Positions 13,950-24,800 of a stretch of DNA of 64,000 nt are shown in pieces; position 1 is the first letter of the stretch, and each line of letters opens with the position of its first letter. The translations under genes and the position numbers were made by a program. The stretch covers positions 24,118,001-24,182,000 of the forward strand of contig NC_045715.1 in assembly GCF_009834535.1 (NCBI RefSeq), read 5' to 3'. The notes under the pieces were generated by a model. It was not told the origin of the DNA and searched no databases. It saw nothing but the letters and a program-made list of their open reading frames with translations. Origin of the DNA: Camelus ferus (lineage: Eukaryota).

Positions 13950-14335
13950 NNNNNNNNNNNNNNNNNNNNNNNNNNNNNNNNNNNNNNNNNNNNNNNNNNN
14001 NNNNNNNNNNNNNNNNNNNNNNNNNNNNNNNNNNNNNNNNNNNNNNNNNNNNNNNNNNNNNNNNNNNNNNNNNNNNNNNNNNNNNNNNNNNNNNNNNNNN
14101 NNNNNNNNNNNNNNNNNNNNNNNNNNNNNNNTCCATTCCCCCTCCTCCCCCTGTAGCGGCGGCGGCGGCGGCCGGGCCGGGGCCCCAGAGCGGGCCGGGA
14201 GGGGGCACGGCGGTGGCCGCGGAGGCCAGCGCAGTAGGAGGCTGCGCTCCTCTCCCAGGGCCGCGCCGACCTGCTCGACGGAGGGCCCGCCTGCGCCCAG
14301 GGGCCCCGGACGGAGGGGCCGGGCAGGCGGCTGAG
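13950..14335 (+). other. BRPF3: BRPF3 non-coding exon 1 (5'UTR); start uncertain, probably in or near the N block 13949-14131
   Basis: Donor GAG|GTAATG at 14335/14336 inside the island; visible part 14132-14335 has (GCG)5 and no ATG. Confidence 0.7.
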
Positions 14336-14549
14336 GTAATGGGGGCGGCAGCGGGGCCGGACGGAACGGGAGCCGGGGCGGGGGCAGCGGGGCCTACGAG
14401 GACCAGGGACTGCGTGGGGTTGGGGAGGGAAACAGGGGACTTCCTGAGCGGGGCAGGGGCGGCGCGAAAGCTCTCTCCTAGAGCGAGGGCGGCGGCGGGG
14501 AAGAAGAAGGTGGGTGAGGGGGGAGCTGAAAATCGAGGACCCCCTCCCG

Positions 14550-14800
14550 CAGCCGCCATCTTGGTTCCCTCCCCCGGCCCTGGAAGCCGAGCCGCCGAGC
14601 CCCGCCCCCGCCACGCTCTCCAATTGGTCAGTCCGATGAGCGTTCCACCCCTTGATCGTCTCTTGGCCCCCCCGATTCCTGCTGACGGGCAGGGTGAGGC
14701 GGCCAATGGACGCTCGCCTCCGTGCCCCGCTCGTTCGCAGGCGCTCGCTTTCTGAGCGATCGGACTCCGCGTCAGTGCCTTCTGGCGCGCTTGCCCCCTC
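14550..14800 (-). promoter_or_regulatory. Promoter motif cluster in intron 1, candidate antisense promoter
   Basis: YY1-type GCCGCCATCTTG at 14552-14563, GC box CCCCGCCCCC at 14600-14609, CCAATTGG at 14620-14627, GGCCAATGG at 14701-14709, TGACG half-sites at 14683 and 14770. Confidence 0.55.
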
Positions 14801-16749
14801 CCTTCTGGTGAGGAGATGTTATTTCCCTCCTTTCTTCTCCGAAGGGTCAAGATTCTTCTGGAAGAGGTGCCCCTTTAAAGGGGCAGGAGACTTGGCCAGG
14901 GTCCTTACTTGTCTCATGAGTATCTCGTGTAGGGTGCAGGGGAAACAGTCTAATTGCAGAAACTCCTCATTCGTCGCGGACCTGGGTGAGGTGGGCCAGT
15001 GAGGGCTCAGGGGGTGCCGAGAATATCTCTGGGGATGTTGTGGAGTTGTGTACGTGGGAAGGGCTGTGTGGGATGAGAAACTCCCGCCAAAAAACTAGAC
15101 TGTAAGCTCCTTGCGGACGAAACTGATTTCATTTTCCTCAGCAGCATTTTCCTTACCCCTCTAGAGTTTTCCCTCCAGTGTATAGAGGCTTGGGTAGGAC
15201 AGCAGAGCTCTCTGTAGATACTCGCTGCTTGGTTGAGATACCTGCTACAAGCTGCCTAGGTAGCGATAGGGAGGGAAAATACACAGTGGCTTTAACAAAG
15301 GAGGGGCCACACCCCCTCTCAGAACTATTTCGGGTTACTATTGAGGTAGATTTTCACACCTCTGCAAGTGTCTCCATGCCCTTGAAGGGATGGGGGCAAT
15401 AAAGTAGGTCTGTTGGCCCAGGCTGCCCCCAGGGAGTTGGCATTTGTCAGGCGGGTAGTAGCCAAGGGCCGCTGGAACCTAGACAGGATTCCTGTGATGA
15501 TTCTGTTTCCTTTAGTTACAAGTGGGGTGTGTGCCTGCTTGGCACTGTTCCTCAGTCAAGTTGTTTTTTGTTTGTTTGTTTGAGTCACACTTTGGGTTTG
15601 GAAGGCCTTTTAAATAAGAATGTTCATAATACCTTATTAACAAATAGCAACCCTTAAGTGATAATTTTATTAAATTCATTTACTGATGGAGTATGGGGGC
15701 ACAGAGAGATTCATTGAGTTTCTTTGAGTCACACAGGGCCAAGATTAGACCTAGATAACCCCAGAGCCTCTTTCTGTACCCGACCATGGTATCTGGTGTT
15801 CTTACATCTCAGGGAGATGAGTTGAGCAAATCAGAAGATCCAGGTTTGAATTGTAGCTTTATTACTTACTAGTTTTATGTTGAGTGACAGCTTTCTGAGC
15901 TTCTGTTTCTTCAACTGTAAAATGGAGATGAGAATATCTTTTCTACCTTCCAAGCTAGTTGTGAGAAATATTAAAAGTAAAAAGGCTTTGTAGTTTGTAA
16001 AAGTGTGCTAAATTATCACCATCTCCTCTTTATAGATAAAGGTGGTAGATCCCACAACAAGGGTGACAAATTCTGTTTTTCTCCTTGAAATCCTCTGCCT
16101 GTTCATACTCTTCCAGTCTCTGCCCATACCACAGGACACCATATCCCCAAAGGTCTTTCCTGGTACTGATGGCCTCAGTAACTGCCTACCACAGCTCTTT
16201 ATGAGCTTGTCATAGTTCCCTCCATCCAGAGAATGATGTGAGAAAAATTTAGAGCTTTCTCTTTGTTGCACAAGGATAGACTGGATATATTTTGGGAGAG
16301 AGGGACTTTTGGGGTAACAGAATGCATTGAAAGTTTACCTCAGGTATTGCCCCAGTTAACCTGGCCTTAGATCCACTGAGGGTCCCAGATAGACCACTTA
16401 TAACTTCAGTGACACTTGGACCACTCCCAGAGCTTCCAGGGTTTCTGCTTAGAGATGTGCACTAGCCAGTGCATCCTGAATGCTACCTTTTGCAGACAAA
16501 ACCTTGCATACTGTAGTTTGAAGTCCTTAGACCACATGTGGTAGACATTTTAGGTGCCTTCACCCCTTCACCCCCAGCATGGTCAGGGGATGGGGTTTCT
16601 AATCATGGTAAGATAGGTTCGGAGAGGGCTCTAGACCTGTGGATTTTTGATTACCCAATGGGGCCATCGTTCATGTACAAAGCTTGTAAATGGATGCTGT
16701 CTTGTTTTTTTCTTTAAAGCTTTAACCACCCTCTCCTCTTTCATAATTA

Positions 16750-17290
16750 GCTGTTCCACAGCCTTATGTACATCATTAGGACATTAGATCTCTCCCCATG
16801 TTGCACTGTAGTGATTTGTTTACTTCTCTGTCCCTTCAGTCAGACAACTCCTTGAGGGCAGGGATCATGCGTGTTTGATTTCTCATTTCATTCAACTAAT
16901 ACTTATTAAGTGCTTACTTAGGAGCCAGGCACCATTCCATGTACTGAAGATACAGCAGTGAACAAGACAGGTGAAAATCCCTCCCCTCATTGAGCTTACA
17001 TTCTAGTGGAAGGAAGCAAACATACATGAGAAATAGGTAAATTACATAGCACAGTAAACAATGGTAAGTGTTACAGTGAAAAATAAAGCAGGGTGAAAGA
17101 TTGCTGGTAGAGGAGAGGGTTTTGCAATTTTAGATAGAATGGTCAGAGAAGGTCTCACTGAGAAGCACTGTTTGTGGAAAAACTTGAAGAAGGTGAAGGA
17201 GCAAGTCATCTGAATGTCTGAGGGTCAGGTTATTCAGACAGAGGGAACAGCCAGTTTGCTTGGTGGCTACTTGATCAGATAGAAGGGTGA
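16750..17290. mobile_element. L2 LINE fragments just upstream of exon 2
   Basis: ttcattcaactaatacttattaagtgcttact...gagcttacattctagtgg is an antisense L2 3' end. Confidence 0.75.
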
Positions 17291-17377
17291 ATGAGTGCAT
17301 GCATGCCTGAACATCCAGATCACTCACAGTCTCCTGGCCTTCTCTCCTTAGGCCTGTCCCTTTGGTTCCCAGGTGCC

Positions 17378-18831
17378 ATGAGGAAGCCTCGCCGGAAATC
17401 GCGGCAGAATGCCGAGGGCCGGCGCTCGCCATCCCCCTATAGTCTGAAGTGCTCACCCACCCGGGAGACCCTGACATATGCCCAGGCCCAGCGGATTGTT
17501 GAGGTGGACATTGATGGACGTTTGCATCGTATCAGCATCTACGACCCACTCAAGATCATCACAGAGGATGAGTTGACTGCCCAGGATATCACGGAGTGCA
17601 ATAGTAACAAGGAAAACAGTGAGCAGCCTCAGTTCCCTGGCAAGTCCAAAAAACCCTCATCCAAGGGCAAGAAGAAGGAGTCCTGCTCCAAGCATGCATC
17701 CGGCACTTCCTTCCACCTTCCGCAACCCAGCTTCCGCATGGTGGACTCAGGCANNNNNNNNNNNNNNNNNNNNNNNNNNNNNNNNNNNNNNNNNNNNNNN
17801 NNNNNNNNNNNNNNNNNNNNNNNNNNNNNNNNNNNNNNNNNNNNNNNNNNNNNNNNNNNNNNNNNNNNNNNNNNNNNNNNNNNNNNNNNNNNNNNNNNNN
17901 NNNNNNNNNNNNNNNNNNNNNNNNNCTTTGAGCTGCTGGTGGACCGACTTGAGAAGGAGTCATACTTGGAGAGTCGCAGCAGTGGGGCCCAACAGTCACT
18001 CATTGATGAAGATGCTTTCTGCTGCGTGTGCCTGGATGATGAATGCCACNNNNNNNNNNNNNNNNNNNNNNNNNNNNNNNNNNNNNNNNNNNNNNNNNNN
18101 NNNNNNNNNNNNNNNNNNNNNNNNNNNNNNNNNNNNNNNNNNNNNNNNNNNNNNNNNNNNNNNNNNNNNNNNNNNNNNNNNNNNNNNNNNNNNNNNNNNN
18201 NNNNNNNNNNNNNNNNNNNNNNNNNNNNNNNNNNNNNNNNNNNNNNNNNNNNNGCCATCTGGATTCCTGAAGTCTGCTTTGCTAACACTGTGTTCCTGGA
18301 GCCTATTGAGGGTATTGACAACATCCCGCCTGCCCGCTGGAAACTAACCTGCTATATCTGCAAGCAGAAGGGGCTAGGTGCAGCCATCCAGTGCCATAAG
18401 GTGAACTGCTACACAGCCTTCCACGTGACATGTGCACAGCGAGCTGGGCTCTTCATGAAGATTGAGCCAATGCGTGAGACCAGCCTCAATGGCACCATCT
18501 TCACAGTGCGCAAGACCGCCTACTGTGAGGCCCACTCGCCGCCAGGTGCTGCCACTACTAGGAGGAAGGGTGACTCCCCTGGAAGCCTCAGTGAGGTTGG
18601 GGATGAGGAAGGGCTGAAGGAGGGCTGTGGGGAGGAGGAGGAGAAGAAGGATGAGGTGGAAGAGGAGGAGGAAGATGAAGGTCAAGTTGGGGTAGGCGGC
18701 TCCCTCAAGGGAGTGTCCAAGAAGAACAAGATGACTTTGAAGCAAAGGATCAAGAAGGAGCCAGAGGAAGTGGGCCGAGAGACACCCTCCACTGTCCCCA
18801 TGGTCGCTGTCCCACAGATACCCTCTTACAG
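17378..18831 (+). CDS. BRPF3: BRPF3 exon 2 coding part (EPC-like region, PZP domain, acidic tract); exon begins at 17352
   Basis: Acceptor ttag|G at 17351/17352; Kozak gccATGa at 17378; [11 protein letters not shown] and [29 protein letters not shown] zinc-finger motifs; donor AG|GTGAG at 18831/18832. Confidence 0.97.
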
Positions 18832-21800
18832 GTGAGCCTGCCCAGGAGGGCTTCCCAGGAACTTGTGGTTTCTTCTTGGGCTGATGTTGGCCCTAAGCCA
18901 GGCTTCCTTCCCCAAGGTTGGTGAATATCTGTTCTCTTCTGTGCTCTCAAATTTAGACTTCTCCTTTGGGTCCTGGGCTTGCCTGGCCTGGTTTGTGGTT
19001 TTGATTGTGCCCTTCAGAGCAATGTATTTCCTTTGGTTCAGTGTGGGACAGATACTTCAGTTGCTTAGAAACCCAGGATGTCTAAGGCAGTATTTTTTAG
19101 CAGGGCACAAGTGGTATTTTGGACAGGATGGTAATTAATTATTAGGACTGTCCGTATATTTCTCAATGTTTAGCATCCCTGGTCTTTGCCTATATGTGTC
19201 ATTTGCATTCCCATCATCATTAACTGGCCTTTGTGACTACCTCAGATGCTGCCCACATATGTTTCCAGTAACCCTTTTGGGGATAGAATTATTTCCAATT
19301 GAGAACTACTGTTTCAAGGGGTCAGTATTAGTATCTGCTGTCCCGAAGGCTCTGTCCTGGAAATAATGGGGACTTTGTGTAAGGGGATGGTCATGTGGGG
19401 AAGATACACTATTCTCCTGAGAAGCTTTTAGAGTTAGAGGAAAGATTACTCAGCTCAGTTGTGTAGCTAAGTTACCTTGGCCCCCACTGAGTCTGTGGAG
19501 AAACTGTTGTACCTGTTTTAAACCATCAGAGAGGTAGCTGGAGCAGTTGGAGGGATGGGAGCTTGGCAGAGAAGCAAGAATCAAGGAAGATTTTCCAGCG
19601 AAGGCTTATCACACTGATGATGTTCATTAAAAAGTATACAGTGTTAGAGCAGGAAGGTATCTTGGAGATTATTCATCTAACATAGTCCTTGCACCTTCTC
19701 CCATACCCCTAGATGAAGAAACTGCGGCCACAGGAGGTAAAGTTGTTCACTCCTTTATTCATTCAACAAGATATTTATTGAGCACTTACTATATGCCAAG
19801 TCCTGTTCTAAGGGCTGAAAGGAACCAGGGGAAAGTGACAGACCTTGGACCACAGCTGGGGCTTATGACACTTCCAGGTTCTGCTCCTGCTGTCTGTCTC
19901 CTTGATGTAAAGGATAGAGAGAAAGTACTAGAGTGGGGAGTATGTGAGCAGAACAGGCATCCAGACCTGTCAGTCTGGAAAGGAGACATGAGCAGAGAAG
20001 TTCGGGGTGAAGGGCTCTTGTGAGCCATGGCTGGAGTTAGAATCAGTCAACTGGAAATGGGTCTTCTAGTCACAAAGCTGTTCTAGGCTCCCCTCTTCCC
20101 TTAGGTGAGTGGGTTCTTGCTTAGTTCCCCTCTGCAGGGTGGTTATGCCCTGGGGCTATACTTTTTGGTTGTCAGGTCTGCTGTCATAGGTGGTGTCTTA
20201 CAGGGGCCAGCACAGCATGCTGGTTAAGAACCAGACAGACCTGCATTTGAATCCTGCTTCTATCACTACTTACCTATGTGATCTTACCTATGTGACGAGT
20301 TACTTAACTTCTTTCAGCCATAGTTTATTTGTAAATGAACCTACCTAATAAGGTCATTGGGAGAAACAGATGAAATAACGTGAGTAAAGCACTCAGCACA
20401 GTGCCTGGCAAATCGTAAGCGCTCAATAAATGGTGGCTACTGCTGCTGCTGCTATTTTATTATTATTATTCTTTTCCCCACCTGCACAAATGCTGTTGGG
20501 ACCCTCCATGGCCAAGGGGTTGTAGAGGGAGGGGGCTGCCTGCATCTGGGCAGGTGTGCTTGGCATGGGCGTTGGTGGGGGAATCTGTCCTTTGGGGAAA
20601 GGCCTAGGCCTTGACTTTGTAAGCTTGGCTTTGGGGCAGGGATGTCTGACCATGGAAAGACACAAGGCCTAGGTGAGCAGTGTCTAGCTCAACATGAACA
20701 TCCTTCTTAGTGTCCATCTTCTTGTTTAGCCCTACTTATCTTCCTTTCAGTGGAAATACCACAGGAGCACTGAGGCCTTGCTCAGCCAATTTGGGGACAC
20801 AGCATGGTTTAACAGAGAGATCATGGGTTCAAATCCTGCCTGGCTTCACCATTTTGTTAGCTGCATTAGTGACTTTGACAGTTTATCAGCCTCTGTTCCT
20901 AAGTTGCCTTTCCATTTTTTGGAACATGGGAATAATGTGACCCACCTTACAGTATTGTCATTAGGGTGGAGATTATGGGCTCTCATTAATTCCCTTCCCA
21001 CCTATCCCCCCCCCCCCCCGCAATGTGTTATTGGCTTAAATTCTGACCCCAAGTCTATTTTGGAGTAGTTTAGCCAAATAAGTTTTCAGATTCTCCATCT
21101 TCTTACACCTTTATACCCTTTCCCCCTCCATTTGGTTCAAAATTAGGCATTTTTGGTTACTGAGATTTTTTAATGAAAAACCAGAGGTCAGACAACTCCA
21201 AGGGGTTGCATTTTGGCTCAGAAAGCTGTAGCCTGCTGTATTCCTACTTGGCTGTAGACTACTCCCTGGTCTGGTGGGACCCTTATCCACAGGGGGCAGG
21301 TAATAGTGACCACATTGCCTACAGCTTACTCAAGTTCCTGTTCTCTTTTGCTGCTCAAGAGAAGAGGGCAGGTGTTGGGGCACAGGCCTGTTTCTCAGAG
21401 TCCAGGACTGCAAGATCAGGGTTCCTGGCAGAGGGTTCTTTTGGTGGATCAGAACTGCAAGGCAGGAGGTGGAAAATCAAGTGAAATATCTCATGCTGAA
21501 TCTGAGCTGCTTAACTTTGCTGTCCTTTTCAAGCCTTTCTCTGAGGTGAGGCATTTGACTACTTTATTCTGTCTTCCTCTGTAAGGTTCAGAAATGAACC
21601 AGAGTATGGAGAGGAGGCTGTAATCTGGGCTGCCCACTGACCCTGTCTTTCACTTCGTTGTACCTCTACTCAAGGTTGAACAAGATCTGTAGTGGTCTCT
21701 CCTTTCAGAGGAAAAACCAGTTCATGCAGCGGCTTCACAACTACTGGCTGTTGAAGCGGCAGGCGCGGAACGGTGTTCCCCTCATCCGGCGCCTGCACTC

Positions 21801-24800
21801 TCACCTGCAGTCCCAAAGGAATGCCGAGCAGGTAGGTGAAGTGGTGATTTGAGGGCAGTGGCGGGAGGTGGAGAGTGAAGAAGGAGAGACGGTTGGTGTG
21901 CCCCTCCATAAGCACTCTGCAGAGCTTTGCCTATAGCCATCACCCAGGTGCTCCATCCCAGGAGCCACCTCCAGCACTGTAGACCAGACAGCAGCTACTT
22001 CTGGGTGATAGAGGCTTGGCTTGGAGCAAATTCTAGGGGAGAGTGGAGAGCAAGCCCAACTTGCCCTGTGTGGAGGGAAATCTTTTAGATATGATGGAGA
22101 GGAAGAAGGCTGGGAGAGTCAGGCAGCTGTGTTGCATGAGTTAGGAAAAGGGGCACTTTCCTCAAGACATTATACTGCTGTCTGCCAAAACAATATTTCA
22201 TAGAAAATACACAGATTAACCATCTAAATTGTAGCATGCAGCCTGCCCAATTGTGGTGGCCTTTTAGCCATTAGCAACTGGAGTTGCTGCATGTTTAGTA
22301 TTTTTTGAGACAATCAATAGAAGCCTCCTGAGAGACTGTTTTGTTTTTTTCTGGGTTTTTTTTTTTTTTGCAACATATTAATCTCTTTCCTTCTTCACTT
22401 GTTGCATTACTTCCACCTTTAAATATTCCCATACCACTACTTCAGAGATGAAGCAAGCCTTTCCATGACTCTGGTGTCCTCTGTGTTCTGTCTGATTTCA
22501 CTTTTGCTTTTTGTAACTGAAGTCCTGAAGGGAGGGTATATATTTGATCTCTCCTTGAAATGGTCTGCCTGCTCCCCTGTAGCCTCCTCTAGAATACCAG
22601 TGACCCCCTCCCAGCCCAGCAAGTCTTTCCTCAGATTCTCAACTTATAGACCATTGGACTGCATTTGACACCATGATCTCTTTGTCTTAGAGCCTCTCTG
22701 TGACACATTTTTCCACCTCCTCTATACTGCTAACTGCACCCTGTGCCGATCCTAATTCTTCCTCCTTAATGGTAACATTCCCAGGGGCTCTGCTGCCTGC
22801 CTGTCAGTTTGGAGAGCTTGTCCACTTTCATAGTTGTCAATAACTGTGTGGTAGTAGCTTCAGGTTTCTTGTCTTGTCCCCTCCCTTTTTTCTGTCCTCA
22901 GTCCCTCTGAGGCAGAGGAACAATAGATGTCCATGTAGATGTTGTTTCCTATAACTCAGATGTTGGAAACTGAATTCATTATCTTCTTTCCATAAACATA
23001 TTTCCCCATTATTGTCATAGAACTCTTCTTCCTTCTCACCTCAGATGTTCCCCACCTTGGAGTTACTTTTGACTCTTCTCTCCATAGCAAGCTGCAATTA
23101 ACCATCCCCCAATCTCTCTCAGGGCATATATCAGTATATTGCCCTTTGTCTTCATTTCACAGCCACTCTGCTCACCCATCCCGCCCCCCTCTTAATTTCA
23201 ACAGTAACTTTCTAGGTGGTCTCCAGCCTCTAATTCTTTCTTTGCTCTACAACTGGTATTGTCTTACTTAACCATTTTCCATCCTGTCATTTCCTTTTCC
23301 AGCATATATTCTCCCTCTCCCCAGAGGCCATGTCCAGGCTTTTTGTCTGGCATTTGAGGCTTCTTGCCAGCTGGATCTTGGGTCTTCTTTGGCTTTTGTG
23401 GTTCTCCAGTTTCTTTGCTCTGGCTAGCCCATTTTTCTTAAAAAGCAAGGGATCACCAATTCTGCCTCCCTGCTTCTGCCATCTGCTCCCTTCAGTTCCA
23501 GAAGAGGGCCTTCTTAACTGCTTTGTTCATCCGTGTCCATCACTGCATGTGAAAACCCTAGTAAGATTGCTTCTCCCAGGAATCCCTGACCTAACCTCAA
23601 CCCACTGAGATCCTGTCTAATTTATGTCCTCTTAGCATTTTATATTCAGTTTATCTGTTCAGTTTTTGTTGTCTTTATGCTGCTGTGCCCTTGTGCATCA
23701 AACCCTGGGCCTTTTTCTTCCCTCAGCTACACTGTGACTTCTTTTAGGGCAGGAATCATGATTTTGGTGGTGGTAGTGGCGGTGTTTTAAAGTGTGTTCA
23801 AGTCAGTTAAGTACAAGCTTATAGTAAAAACTTCGCTTTGTTTCCTTGCCAAGTCAAAGCTCTAGGGTGAAATTCTTTCCACCCTTAGGTATCTATTAGC
23901 CTCCTTCTGAAATTCTTTCCAGCCCTGAGGATGCACATCTGCTCTTTGATGTCCCTGGGGGTTGGGAGAGCAGTCCCAGCTCTCAGGCCAGCAGTGGTTA
24001 TTGTGCTGCAGTGAAGAAACATTGTTATAAGGCTGGGGAAGCACAGGAGGAAGGCATGGGATATAGAGGGAGTGGAAGGGCTCTCCAGGACCATGCGTCC
24101 AGAAAGGAGACAGGGCTCTTACCTGCTGAGGCCCCACGAGGCTTGAGCAGGGAGGGAGAGGACTTTGGGCAGGAAAGTTCCTTTTTCCTTTCCCATCCTT
24201 CCTGCAGCGAGAGCAGGATGAGAAGACAAGCGCAGTGAAGGAAGAGCTGAAATATTGGCAGAAGCTCCGGCACGACTTGGAGCGGGCTCGGCTGCTAATT
24301 GAGCTGATTCGGAAAAGAGAAAAGCTCAAGCGGGAGCAGGTAAGGAGGAGTCCCCAGGGCTCTTGTTCAAGATATTTCTCTCCTACTGTCAGTGTGGCTT
24401 TAGGAGACCCAGGAGCCCCTGCCTGGTATCAGCTTTCTCACCTTTTTCCCCTGCACTGTGGGCTCCAGGGCCTGTCTACTCTGCCTTGGGTGTGATGCTG
24501 CTGATAGCTTTGAACTTTGGGGTTTTAGCTACTGGTGGCGTCAAGCATAAGCTTAATATCATATGCCTGGGCCCATCCCTGGATTTTCTGATTTAGGAAG
24601 TCTCAGGGGGAGCCTGTCCTTGAGTATTTTGAAAAGCTTCTCAGGCCATTGTGATCAGTGGCAACCTTTGGCCTGGAAGCTTCTGAGAGTTCTCACTTGG
24701 CCCTTACAAACTTATTGTCTTGAATCATTTAAATTTTCCAACCTCTGTTGAAGGAGATTCTAAGCCTCTGAGCATGGGGAATGTTGAGGTAAGTAGTGTA

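Larger units (their letters stand above)
13600..14950. promoter_or_regulatory. BRPF3: CpG island / BRPF3 promoter
   Basis: Very high GC and CpG density against a CpG-depleted background; GC boxes near 13900-13940; about 2.5 kb upstream of the first coding exon. Confidence 0.92.

Noticed and set aside
13730-15002. Other long ORFs in several frames on both strands of the CpG island
   Set aside because: Expected from stop-codon scarcity in GC-rich DNA; low-complexity peptides, partly N-filled.
17291-17377. 29-codon in-frame N-terminal extension in the ORF track (MSACMPEH...)
   Set aside because: The upstream ATGs lie before the acceptor at 17352 and are intronic.
17589-18745. Antisense and alternative-frame ORFs over exon 2
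   Set aside because: Shadows of the real CDS, inflated by N runs that hide stops.
20269-20295. Tandem duplication cttacctatgtga x2
   Set aside because: Local slippage within a MIR; two copies only, not an array.
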